A stretch of 63,112 nt of DNA, filler included, from Octopus bimaculoides (GCF_001194135.2; 5 parts of 4 records of this genome joined end to end with filler, not necessarily neighbours in it); one strand, 5' to 3'. Numbered from the whole stretch's first letter, positions 34,600 to 47,544 are shown. The notes: generated from the letters alone by a model not told the origin. Program-made: numbers and translations.

Positions 34600-36150
34600 A
34601 GACCAATATTGGTCTCGAATAGAGACCTGAAACTATGCCCAATTATTGCAAGACCAGCATCCAGTACACAATTCTTAAGCAACTTGATAGATATAGTTCT
34701 AAACCTTTTATGCCAAATGATACCAAGCTTTGTCTGGGACAATGTGTACTTTGTAAACTATATACCTAAAAGTGTCTACCAGGAGACAATTCTTGTTAGT
34801 TTCGATGTAACTAGTCTATACACCAATATCCCACGCAACCTAGGAATTGAAGCTATAAATTTCTGATTAACGAAGCACCTGAATCATATCATGGAAAGAT
34901 TCTCAAAGACCTTTATTTTGGAAGGATTAAAATTAATACTGGAAAATAATCACTTCTTTGACAACTTCTACTTACAAATAAAAGGAACAGTGATGGGGAC
35001 AAAGTATTCCCCACTTATGCAACACTTGTAATGGGCTTTTTAGAGGTCAAGCTCTATTCCCAACTAACAGAAACGAACAATTCTCCATTTATATAAAAGA
35101 CAATTGGGAATGGTATTTGGATGACTGTTTTATATTTTGGGACCAAAAACCAAGAAGATTTAGGAATCTTTTACTTACTTTTAGATAATTTACATACCTC
35201 AATAAACTTCACCATGGAACAACTGAGAAAGGAATTACCATTTTTAGACATTCTTCTAATTAAAGAAGATAACACCATAAAAACAGATCTCTTATACAAA
35301 CCTACAGCCATCCCAGTATTTTAACTTTCATTCCTCCTATCCCTCACATACCAAAAGAAACATACGGAAAACAAATTTGCACTATAGTAATAGATGCAGA
35401 ATTAAAGGATAAAAGATCACAAGAATTTAAAATATTTCTAAAAGAATAAAAGTATCCCACTAAATTAATTGACACAGCAATCACCAAAGCAAAAAAAAAA
35501 AACATCCTAACTACAGACCTCAAAGGAAAACAAACACACAAAAATAAAAATTAACTCATAAGCATTCCTTTTGTCATCACCCACAACCCAAGAAATCATG
35601 ACATCATCAATACTGCAAAAAGACACCTCCCAGTTCTCCAACAATCATCAAAAATGAACAAGTTAATAACAGCTTCAAAGATAATTTATAGTAGACATCA
35701 AGTGCCAAACCTGAAAAAGCTCTTAACTCAAGCAAGATTTACAACTAGAGAAACAACAAAGAGAGTTCAAAAATATAGTGAACCTCGTTGTGAAACGTGA
35801 TTACTTTGAAAAAGAACAAATCACTTTTAAAGATAACAACATTTTAAAAATAAATGCAAATATGAATTGCAAATTCAGAAACCTAATTTACTGTGCCACA
35901 TGCCCTGAATGCAAAGAATACTACATTGGTGAAATGGGCATTGGACAATATGAAAGAGTATAGGTACATAAACAAAAAATTCATGACCCCTCCATTGGAA
36001 GTACAACTTGCAGCGAACACTTTGAAAAATGTGGGAAAAGAAAATTTGAAATATTCCCTTTCTTCAAACTATGGACAGAAAATAAATATTTTGTAAGGAC
36101 AAGGAAGAATGCTTTATTCAAAAATACCAACCAAAACTAAACAAAAAATA
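34600..36150 (+). mobile_element. Penelope-like retroelement remnant: RT plus C-terminal GIY-YIG endonuclease
   Basis: ILVSFDVTSLYTNIP, YLQIKGTVMGT, WYLDDCFIFW (35111), LPFLDILL..TDLLYKPT, then NLIYCATCPECKEYYIGE (GIY-YIG, about 35883-35933). Multiple stops and frameshifts. Confidence 0.92.
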
Positions 36151-36414
36151 ATACCAAAAACCACCAGAATTAAATCCACAGAAAGACAGCAACCAAACAT
36201 TGCCTGAATAATGAACACTACATATGAGTATATATTCTTTTATGTACTGTCTTATGCATCCACAAAGTTATATGCAAATGGTTTTTTCTCTTTCTGTCTT
36301 TGTGTGTATATATATGTATGTATATGTGTGTATGCTTACACACACATATATTTATGTGTATATCATCATCATCATCATCATCGTTTAACGTCCACTTTCC
36401 ATGCTAGCTTGGGT

Positions 36415-36832
36415 TGAAATAATGCATTTTTTTTAACTGCATGAACTAAAAGTCAGAGGGAGACAGGATAAACTACCTGCATCAGCTGGCTATAAAAGCA
36501 GGTAATAATTTTACCTTGTGTTTATTCTTAGTGCAAGTTTTGAAGAATGCAGTTCGATTTTAACAGCTATGTTTTGCCTGGAGCAGTTTGAATGGGAAAC
36601 AATGCCCCACTCACCATATTCGCTGGACATTGCCCATCTGATTATCATTTATTCCACACTCTTCAAAATCATGTGGACGGAAAAAATATGAAGTCTGTAG
36701 ATGAGGTTAGAACAGTACTGGATGAGTATTTTTCCTCACAGACAAGTCAATTTTGGAAGAGAGGCCTTGCAAGTCTACCAGATAGATAGAAGAACATTGT
36801 AAAACATGAAGGAGAGTATATTTTAGATTAAA
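36415..36832 (+). mobile_element. Internally deleted mariner: 5' leader joined directly to the transposase C-terminus
   Basis: 36415-36575 matches the reverse complement of 32600-32765. It is followed by WETMPHSPYSLDIA/PSDYHLFHTLQN...EGEYILD*, the mariner YSPDLAPSDY region. Confidence 0.88.
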
Positions 36833-38097
36833 AAAGAANNNNNNNNNNNNNNNNNNNNNNNNNNNNNNNNNNNNNNNNNNNNTTAATTAATTAANNNNNN
36901 NNNNNNNNNNNNNNNNNNNNNNNNNNNNNNNNNNNNNNATATATATATATATATATACATATATAAATATACACACATGCACATGCACACACAAGTATGT
37001 ATGCATTTACATATATGTGTGTGTGTGTATATATGCACACACACACACACACACACACATACACACACACATGTACATATATATATACATGCATGCATGC
37101 TTACATCACATATCTTTCATCTTTTACTTGTTTCAGTCATTAGACTGCAGCTAATGTCCAGTTTTCCATGCTGACATAAGTTGGACAAGACTTTTTGTAG
37201 CAGTGTTCTATGGCCAAATGCCCTTCCTGATCTCTTAGTCACCTCTTTTGACACAGAGATATGTATCTGTGTGTGTGTGTGTGTGTGTGCAGATGTAGTG
37301 TTTTGTTATGTAAGTTTTGTGATGTCGTTTGGTTTCAATTCCTAGCAAAAACACACAAACATGACTTTTTTTTTTTCTTGCTGAGGAATAGGATTCCTAT
37401 AGAAAGGATACAAATCATTGTTCTGAAAATAATGCTAGTGTATAGGAACTTTATTCACTTATTTTATTCTATGTATTTATTCATTTACATTTGTTTTACA
37501 TAATCGTTGGTAATCTAATATACATATTCACTTACGATATTGTAGGCCATGTAAAACTACTTGATTTATTGTTGATTCAATAAAAAGTCTGAATAAAGAG
37601 TACGATTTTCCCCATCAGCTAAGATCCTAATGAATTCCCATTTCAGACACCTTCATTTTGTCATTCAGTAGATCTATTAATTTTTGTTCTTCATCTTTTA
37701 CAAATTAATTTCCTGTTCCTTTCATAAAATTGGATTATTCAACAGAGAAATTTCTCTATACTTTCCAATCCTTGATCACTGGATTATGTCTGTACATTTC
37801 TGGAGTATCAAATCATCTTAGAAATTTTTTTATTGTTACATTGTGAGTATTATATATATTTCAGGTGTAACACTTAAAAATGATAATTCTGAGAGCCAAT
37901 TATCTAAATCTATTAATGATTCATTTAAGTGCTGGAAATTTGATCTTTGAAATCTGCTGACTGAAAAATAAGATATGAAATCTTGATATGAAACAGTTGA
38001 TGATAAGAAGATAGATGTGTCTGTAAACATTTTAAAAGCAGTTTCAATGTATGACAAAATCTAAGAGTCTCCAGCATCAATATTGAACAGGGATAAG

Positions 38098-38295
38098 GTG
38101 ACTAACTGGCAGAATTGTTACCGCACTGGACAAAATGCCAAACAGTTTTTCATTCTGAGTTCAAATTCCACTAAGGTTGACTTTGCCTTTCATCTTTTCA
38201 GGGTTGATAAAATAAGTACCAGTTGAGTTCTGGGGTCGATGTAATCGATTTACCCCTTCCCCCAATATTGCTGGCCTTGTGCCAAAATTTGAAAT
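38098..38295 (+). mobile_element. SINE, same family as 25651-25887
   Basis: CTGGCAGAA...TTCTGAGTTCAAATTCC...GACTTTGCCTTTCATC...AAGTACCAGTT. Confidence 0.8.
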
Positions 38296-41200
38296 CAATA
38301 TTGAACTGAAGTAAAAACTCTATCTCTTTTTCTGCAACATGATTAGCCTGATGGCAGTGTTATGACAACATTGTTCTAATGAAGGCATTTATTAGCAAGA
38401 GATATTTCTTCAAAGAAAATTCTTTCACTTGGTTGTCATGTCATGGAAGAGTTCCATATTCATTCTTTTTTTTTTTTTTTTTTTTTTTTTATCATTTTTT
38501 ATCATTTTTTATCCTCAAACACTTTAAACAAAGTTGGCATCATTAACCAAAACATATTACTTGCACTATTAAGTAGCTAATTTACCTTTGACCTCTCATA
38601 AATAATTAATGCATTCCCTTCTCATTTGAATAACACAATTATTACCAGGTAATTCATTCACAAGACATTTTTTCTGGTGGAATTTTCAATCCATGAATAT
38701 TTATCATTTACAGGTGTTTTGTACATGTGTAGAAATATTTTTAGCCATTAACACATTCACGCAAACACACAAACACACACACATGTACATTATTTTCTTT
38801 TCATAATTGTATTAATCCAGCAAACATTTAAAACTAAACTATAATGATAGCCTCTTTTACTCAATATATTTTTTAAAAGAACTTCATGCTCAATGGGTCT
38901 CCAAACAAAATATTTTCATTCCATACTTTATCTATTTAAATAATCTATGAGCCCCCTAGATACCCTCATAATAAGATCCCATGAAAAATAGTTTTAATTA
39001 AACACATTTACATATAATTAGTAGTATGCAAATGTAATTAATGTGCATGGTAATACTTTAATTAGAATAGAAAAGAAGGACTCAATACATTAGGTAGAGT
39101 AAATATTTGATATATCAGGTTATACTTCCACCTTATAGTATTCTGTTGTTGAGTTTTTTGTCCCTTTATCTTTTGATATTCCTCATATTGAGGTGGCTGG
39201 TGGAATGGATGTCTCTTGATCAAAATTTATTGGCCAATACATTTTGGTCAAGTGTAGTATTCATTTTGCCACTCTGTCCCATCTATTGAATGTCTTAGGA
39301 GAAAAGGATATGAAACTCTGATTTACAAAATGCTTTTANNNNNNNNNNNNNNNNNNNNNNNNNNNNNNNNNNNNNNNNNNNNNNNNNNNNNNNNNNNNNN
39401 NNNNNNNNNNNNNNNNNNNNNNNNNNNNNNNNNNNNNNNNNNNNNNNNNNNNNNNNNNNNNNNNNNNNNNNNNNNNNNNNNNNNNNNNNNNNNNNNNNNN
39501 NNNNNNNNNNNNNNNNNNNNNNNNNNNNNNNNNNNNNNNNNNNNNNNNNNNNNNNNNNNNNNNNNNNNNNNNNNNNNNNNNNNNNNNNNNNNNNNNNNNN
39601 NNNNNNNNNNNNNNNNNNNNNNNNNNNNNNNNNNNNNNNNNNNNNNNNNNNNNNNNNNNNNNNNNNNNNNNNNNNNNNNNNNNNNNNNNNNNNNNNNNNN
39701 NNNNNNNNNNNNNNNNNNNNNNNNNNNNNNNNNNNNNNNNNNNNNNNNNNNNNNNNNNNNNNNNNNNNNNNNNNNNNNNNNNNNNNNNNNNNNNNNNNNN
39801 NNNNNNNNNNNNNNNNNNNNNNNNNNNNNNNNNNNNNNNNNNNNNNNNNNNNNNNNNNNNNNNNNNNNNNNNNNNNNNNNNNNNNNNNNNNNNNNNNNNN
39901 NNNNNNNNNNNNNNNNNNNNNNNNNNNNNNNNNNNNNNNNNNNNNNNNNNNNNNNNNNNNNNNNNNNNNNNNNNNNNNNNNNNNNNNNNNNNNNNNNNNN
40001 NNNNNNNNNNNNNNNNNNNNNNNNNNNNNNNNNNNNNNNNNNNNNNNNNNNNNNNNNNNNNNNNNNNNNNNNNNNNNNNNNNNNNNNNNNNNNNNNNNNN
40101 NATATGTATGTATATATGATTATGTATATATATTGATTTCTGACCAAGATTCAAGTCCAAATTTTTTAAAGGATATAAATCGAATTTCTCAACACTAATA
40201 CATTACTGATCTTCTTTTATCAACTTCAGATGGATTAAAGACAAAGTTGACTCTGGTGAGAGATTGAGTAAACTAACAACTGTAATGTATTTAGTTAATC
40301 CATTTGAATACTGCACTATTTTCGTCTGTCTTAGAACTTCTAGCAAATTTAATTTACATGGAAATGATAACTATCATTATGATCACTTAAAATTTCTGGC
40401 ATTGTCCATTGGTATGAAATGTGGTATAATGAATATTATATAATAAACAGATATGTTGTTTTGTGAAATAGTGTAAACCTAAATGAATATATATATAATT
40501 AGTGTAGAAAATATGAAGTATAGCAGAAGCTTATTATTATAATCGAACAGTTATCAAAATCAGTTGTTCCCAAACAATTTTTCTGCTTAATGTTATCAAC
40601 TGGTTATCGTTAGAGTGAAAGGCTTCATCCCAAAGTGATCACAATAAGTGGTTTCCTCTGTAAATGAAGGTAAATTAATAACATCTTTTGAATTCATATT
40701 TCTATCACCTTGTTCTGAGTCTTCAACTCCTGATATAGCAGTAGGGTTGCTGTTGAGATATGTGGTGTGTCTTCAACATTTTCAGAACTGGCAGACCCTA
40801 TTCCTCTTCAGATTTAACCACAACTGATTTCTTTCAGAAAGAAAATCTATTCACTGCTCTAATGACTTGGCCAGTTTGCCCCTGCATGCTTTTCTATTGC
40901 AAAACAATGAAAACTATAATTAAACACATTTGCATGTATATTAATGGAGAAGCTTCTACTTATGTATTCAACCTGCTAACAATAGCAGCTAATTCTCTTT
41001 TAAATCCTTACCTTCTCTAGTAACCATTTGACTGTGTAATTAAACATCATGGTCATTCCTGTGAATGATGTTAATTATCCACCAAAAAACAGAATTGCAA
41101 TATTTTTTTTCAGTATCTCTCATTTTTGTATCCACCACCAAGAATATTTGATTCTTTCTCTGTAAAGAGATGTTTGATGAAACATGTGAACAAAAACAAA

Positions 41201-41378
41201 AATTAAGAAAATCTGAACAAATATCTTTTGTAAGAAGTGTCTTGTTGTGGATTGTCTCCACTTCTAACAGCATAAAGAGAGTTTTTTTTTTTTTTTCAAA
41301 GTTGTTGGGTAAAATTACATTCCACAGTTAACAGAAATAAAACTCTGAGTGGAAATATCTGCCTTCCGTGTTCGAAGG

Positions 41379-41952
41379 GTTAACCATTTAGCATTCAGAT
41401 TACTCTGTCAAATGTAATACTGGCACTCCGTCAGTTACGACAACAAGGGTTCCAGTTGATTTGATCAATGGAACAGCTTGCTTGTGAAATTAATATGCAA
41501 GTGGCTGAGCCCTCCACAGACACGTGTACCCTTAACGTAATTCTCAGGGAGATTCAGCATGACACGGAGTGTGACAAGGCTGGCTCTTTTGAAGTACAGG
41601 TACAACTCATTTTTGCCGGCTAAGTGGACTGGAACAACTATGAAATAAAGTGTCTTGCTCAAGGCCACAACACAGTACTGAGAATTGAACTCATGATCTT
41701 AGAATCATAAGCCAAATACCCTAACCACTAAGTCATGCATCTTCACTTCTGACAAACGTAATGCTTCTATATTCACCTTGTTGTGAATTAATTCATGCAT
41801 TACCTCTCAGCTTCAAGAGCTGAACAATGTGGTTGTTTATATTTAGAATGACATTGTAGGGTAGGTGTGAGAGGCCAGATCTGGCCAGTTTGAACATAAA
41901 ACAGGAAGAATATTTTGGCCAGATATGGCTGATTTAAATATAAAAGGTTATA
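41379..41952. mobile_element. Probable TTAA-flanked (piggyBac-like) non-autonomous element with a SINE nested at about 41420-41750 (minus strand)
   Basis: Left end TTAACCATTTAG, right end TAAAAGGTTA. The inner segment ends in a reverse tRNA-like head matching 51925-52062. Near-repeat CAAATGTAAT/CAAACGTAAT flanks the nested segment. Confidence 0.45.
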
Positions 41953-44900
41953 TAACAAGGGACATGTTGAATAAGGTAGCCCTGGATAGATATATGCATT
42001 TTACCATTGGTCTGCACAATCAGTGCAGCTCCACTGCCTTAGATCAACTAATACCTTACAAGTGGAATTTGAGAGATGGAACTGACACAGGAGCCTCATA
42101 TATATTTATGTGTGTTTCTGTGTGTTTGCATTTATTTACTGGTGTATGTTGCAGAGGAAAGTAAAATCAGCAAGTAAAACAATAAAACAAAAAGAAACAT
42201 TACTTTATGAACAAAGTCCCATGGGACATTTATTTTACATTGAGTTACAGATACTCCCTTGTTAACCTTGCCATCATAAATACAGTGAGCTTGACTGTGA
42301 TTTGTAAAACAAACCTGTAACCAATAACAACAACTGCAAAATAAAATGATAAAAAAAAGAACAAACAGCTCTTCAATTTAGAGTTACAAAAATCTGTTCT
42401 AATCTTGGAGACATCTAAATTAGCCATTTTGATACCAACCTGCCTGAAACAACTCCTGGTTCTCTGATACCAATTTCCTGTTTAAAAGTAATGTAAGTTT
42501 ATATTTTCCATCCAAATTTCATGTTAATTTATTTTCAAGCACCAGCTTAACAATGACAATGTTATTTTACCAGATTCTTCATTATTTTTCAAATTAATTG
42601 AAACAAAGCCATTGTATTTCAGTAGAAATATGGTAACAAGAGGATTTTTTCATCATTCATTGTCTCTGGAATATCTTTCGATTGCTATGATTATAGGTTC
42701 TATAATCAACTGCTGTGTAACAGTCAAACTGATGGGTTTCCCAGACTAAAATCTATAAAAGTGTAATTTTTTCTGCAAAGTGGGAAGAAATCCAGAGACA
42801 AGATATCATTCATTGAGGCCTCCATAAGTAAGGGTTGTTTTTGTATCTGCACCTGTATGTGCTGGGGCTTGGGAAAGATTTTTGGTTGACGTTTAACAAT
42901 TGCCTCTACATGCAAGTTTCCTTTCTCTATGCCAACAGTATTACCCAAGAGGAAGGCCTTTCTTAAAACTGATACAACTTTGCAGGATGTAAAGGGTGGA
43001 AATAAATACCACAAGGCATTTTATTTAATGGTCTTATAATTCAACTAATTCATCACTTAAACTGCAACCGGTGGGGCTTTCTGAATGACATGTCTCATGT
43101 AATATTACTTTGAATTCTTTTAGCAGTGCAGCTCACATGATGATGAATCATGACTCATGTGGCCTACTCCTCAAAAACGGTTGCCCATGCCTGATTTTGA
43201 CACATTGAATTATTTAACCAGATCTAGTATAAGTTGTACTTGTTTATATTCTTTGGGATTTTCTTTTCATCTCAGATGCTTGAACTAATTCATATATTAA
43301 TCCCAATTATCCAGAGTATTTTAGTGATTATCTCTTTAGAGATAATTTCTTTAGAATTCAGTCAATGACAAATAAATGTCTTCCTGATTTATATTGCTGA
43401 CAAAATTTACTTCGAGCTAAGTGTATTTAGCCTATTGAGAGTTAATTGTTATGACCACAGGCATAATACAGTACCAATGACTGGATACTGACTCTTAATT
43501 CAGCTGGTTGTCCAGGTATCGCTGGTTAATCTTGATCACACTGCCCAAATAGTAGCCAGACACTAGCCAGCCATTTCCACAGTTTTAATGAAGGATCAAG
43601 AATGAAAGAATAGACTCTGCAGGGTGGCTTCATATTGAACATTAGGCCATGACTTTTCACTACTAACCTTCTTACTTGGTTGTTATTTTCTACCATCACT
43701 CTCTGTACATTTGTCCATGTTCTCAATACTTCGATGTTAAATGGTTCAAACATTGGTTTCAATCTAGCCTTAACACTCTTCTCTTTGGTAAGCATAGGTT
43801 GTCAGGAATTCCTGCCAGAAATACTATGGCATGAGCACAAGATCACTGAAGAGATTTATGGGCACATTTCAGGTTGATCCTACTTATCTTATTGTTGGTG
43901 CTCAACAGAAAGTGGGCTCTGCTGTGTGTGCTCATACTGAACCCCTGGTCATATCAGGTGTTATAGTTTGGAGAGATCCACGCCTTAATACGAGAGAAAA
44001 GTCACTCAACTACATTGATGTTATTGGCAAACAGACATGGCATGAAAAATTAAGGTCCTACCAAAGCTAATATGGGACATTTCTAGTGCAGCTGATGAAA
44101 TCTATTTCAGTTTTGGCTGCTTAAAGAACAAGAAAATTAACTGATTCTGATTTCCTGTCTAATAGGAACACCCAAGCCAATGACAGTTTCTTTATAGGAC
44201 CACTCATCTTGCTAGAAATAGCAGCCAAATTTCTCTCAGATTACATTCAACTGTTCAAAAATAAAGAAATGACACATTGTCATCCTAAGGACACTAAAAA
44301 ACGGGATGGTCATGATTGGAATATTTTTCACCATGAGTTTGCTCAATACAGAGCTAAACAATGACAGCAGAAACTATAGTGATAACAAAAGAGTATGCAT
44401 CAATTTTATGAAACGTCTTTAAGAAGAACTTCACATTTAGGAAACAGAGACATATTTCTCAGTTTCTTTATTTGTGGTACAATTGACTTTGAAGCCATTT
44501 TTGGTTGCAACATACCTTAATTTTTCATATGTATTCTTTTAACTACAGTTAGACCTTATTAAAGAAAATATTCCTCATTTTTTATCGTTGAAATATGAAG
44601 ATATTAGAAAGCCATGCCTTTACAACCACTGTCAGCAATTACTAACCATTGCATTATTTGACTGTGTGGAGTTTATGCTTATAACGGCACTCTGTAATAT
44701 CACGATGTATAACCTATTTGTTAGTTGTTTATGTTAGTGAAGCATCACAATATGTAAATGATGCTACAATTTCAAACAGTATTAATATAAGTTTTTATTA
44801 TAAGCCACAAATTGATTTTAGGTTTATAAAAAAAGACTCTATTTCTGTTTTAAAGGGTTTCTTCTTCGTCTATCTTAGGGGTTCCCAATATGGCAGAACC

Positions 44901-45140
44901 TGTTTGTTTCGCCCATCTCTAGAGTTTACTAAGCATGGCAAGGTTATGATATTCTCTTTCCCCTCTCTCTATTTCTCTCTCTCTCTCTATCAACATATAT
45001 ATGCGTGTGTATATATGTGNNNNNNNNNNNNNNNNNNNNNNNNNNNNNNNNNNNNNNNNNNNNNNNNNNNNNNNNNNNNNNNNNNNNNNNNNNNNNNNNN
45101 NNNNNNNNNNNNNNNNNNNATCCTGGGTGGTATTTGTTTT

Positions 45141-45212
45141 CCTAACATTTACCCTAACCCTAGGCCTAATCCTAACCCTAACCCTAGCCCCAACCCTAAC
45201 CCTAACCCTAGC
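45141..45212. repeat. Degenerate interstitial telomere-type repeat (CCCTAA)n
   Basis: About 10 hexamers with variants CCCTAG, TCCTAA and CCCCAA. Confidence 0.85.
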
Positions 45213-45244
45213 CGGAGGGCAAGGAGATAGCAGTATCGTTTTCC

Positions 45245-45476
45245 TTCGAGGGTGGCACATCTTGAGCGGCACATATGGTGAGCCCAATGACACACTTTCG
45301 GGGGTGGCACATCATTGGTGGCACACTCTGGGCGGCACGTATGGGGAGCCCATTGACACACTTTCGAGGGTGCCACATCATTGGCGGCACACCCTTGGTG
45401 GCACATATGGGGAGCCCAATGGCACACTTACGAGGGTGGCACATCATTATCGGCACACCCTGGGGGCACATATGGG
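45245..45476. repeat. GC-rich 66-bp minisatellite (52 + 66 + 66 + truncated unit)
   Basis: Units start T(T/A)CG(A/G)GGGTG(G/C)CACATC at 45245, 45297, 45363 and 45429. Internal GGTGGCACA sub-repeats. Cut by a gap. Confidence 0.9.
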
Positions 45477-45576
45477 NNNNNNNNNNNNNNNNNNNNNNNN
45501 NNNNNNNNNNNNNNNNNNNNTTAATTAATTAANNNNNNNNNNNNNNNNNNNNNNNNNNNNNNNNNNNNNNNNNNNN

Positions 45577-45630
<54 letters not shown>

Positions 45631-45659
45631 CAATGTATGTATGTATGTATGTATGCATG

Positions 45660-45694
<35 letters not shown>

Positions 45695-45749
45695 ATATAT
45701 ATACTTTATTAAAAGCAGCAAAAATATCACAAAAACTGTTACTCAGAGT

Positions 45750-45968
45750 TTCACGTTCCCGTTCGTCGGACAGTTTTGTTTAGAATGGAAAAAAAGATAA
45801 AGTTATAAGCAAAAATATACAGTTAGTTTAACAGATACACATTTGAAAATGATTTTGTTTCATTGGTCCTTTCCAAATGTGTATCTATTAAACTAATTGC
45901 ATATTTATGCATCTAACCATATTTTTGTTCCATTCTCAACAAAACAGTCCGACGAACGGGAACGTGAA
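45750..45968. repeat. 219-bp imperfect palindrome (about 100-bp arms, 20-nt loop at 45850-45869)
   Basis: The outer 31 bp TTCACGTTCCCGTTCGTCGGACAGTTTTGTT and AACAAAACAGTCCGACGAACGGGAACGTGAA are complementary with 1 mismatch. The inner arms also pair (TTAGTTTAA.AGATACACATTTG). Confidence 0.9.
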
Positions 45969-47090
45969 TTAAGTACTAGGCTTACAAAGAATAAGATCTG
46001 GGGTCGATTTTTTCGACTACAACCCTCTGAGGCGGTACTCCAGCATGGCCGCAGTCAAATGACGGAAAAAAATATTAAAAAAGAAACGTTTAAATGAATC
46101 TATGCGTACGTCATAGTTTTTACGCTATATATTTTAAACATGTTGAAATTCCACAATTCGGCTCTATATTTTTACCTTCAGGGTCGTCTCGTCTAACATG
46201 GTGCAGACATTTATTTAAATATGATTCAGCTACTCTGTTTACCCTCTTTTACATATTTCCTTAATTTCCGATTCTTATTCAACATGAGTCAAGAGACACA
46301 ACGCTTGGGCTCATCGTCAGCGTTACATCCCGGAGTCACTGGCTGTTTCTGCTCATAAAGCATACACCCTCATCTACGTCAGCAGATGTAGATTGACCAA
46401 GCATAGGCCTGTGAACTACCGGCATTCTACTGACCTCCCAAGGATCACCTCTTTTCAACCAGACCCATTTAGATGCTTTCTCAACAAATTCTACGTTGTC
46501 TTTGATGATTCTTCCGTTTGCCCATGCAATGCCCAAAATTCCATAAGCTTGTAGGTTTTTTTTTAATTAATATTTTGTAAATATCATAGTTTATAGTTAT
46601 GCTACAAAACGAACCTCATTCAGAGTCTCCGCTAGTTCGATTATAAGTATTTCTATAAAGTGGCAAAAATTCCGTGATTATTTTTAAAGCACCAAACATA
46701 TGTAGAGAAAGTAGTGTATTATCGCCTGATTGCTGTTCTTAAATTATGCGGTGCGCTATGATGTTGAGCAAAGTATTTCATTTCACGTTGTTTCAGTCCA
46801 CTGCCTAATTTAAGATTTCAGTCCACTCAGCTGTAACTGTTTTCCAGCAACAGATGAGAAGTTAACACTGAGACGGACCGGCGTCCCGTTTATGATGGGG
46901 AATTCATAATCTCGTTCAGCTATACAATACGGAAATGGAGGTAAGCTCCGGCTTTATGAGTCCTAGGAATCATAACAGACCTAAGTCTATGTACGAGGTA
47001 AAACTGCGACAGACAGCTTTGCGTGTTAGCAAGCAACATCGCTTTACTGTCTAGCTGAGCTTTCATATAAAGCACGTAATATCTGCTAGT

Positions 47091-47156
<66 letters not shown>

Positions 47157-47179
47157 CATATACTCATAGAGATAGAGAT

Positions 47180-47295
47180 ATGGTTTGTTCCGGACTATAG
47201 TAGAAGACACAATTGTCCAAGGTGCCACGCCGTAGGAATGTATCCGGAACGATGTGATGGGGGAAGAAAACTTGTTACTACACAGCCACACAATC
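47180..47295 (-). mobile_element. Degenerate SINE, family of 56441-56605
   Basis: CTATAGTAGAAGACAC...CCAAGGTGCCACGC...ACACAGCCAC matches the reverse complement of that family. Confidence 0.65.
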
Positions 47296-47513
47296 ACCAT
47301 TGAACATGTCGACAATAGCTCAAAATGAAGCAATATATTAGAAGAAAAAAATGCCACATATTCTCCGCCACTAGATAGAAGGGTCGCTGCGCTAGGGCAG
47401 CAAGATGACCTCAAACATATTAGTAATCGATATAAAAAAAAGAATCCCCATTGATTTATAAGTGCATATCGACATTCATACATATACACGTAACGTACAA
47501 GAAACAAACTGAT

Positions 47514-47544
<31 letters not shown>

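Noticed and set aside
37836-38057. ORF with FTDTSIF...LDNWL resembling a CR1/L2 RT end
   Set aside because: The catalytic DD is absent and no upstream RT motifs support it.
45245-45476. Regular repeats considered as a CRISPR array
   Set aside because: There are no unique spacers; the units are wholly repeated, and the context is eukaryotic with no cas genes.
46336-46560. ORF GILGIAWANGRIIKDNVEF resembling an SLC6 transporter TM11 segment
   Set aside because: Only a short motif with off-by-one spacing, a weak acceptor, and no further similarity.
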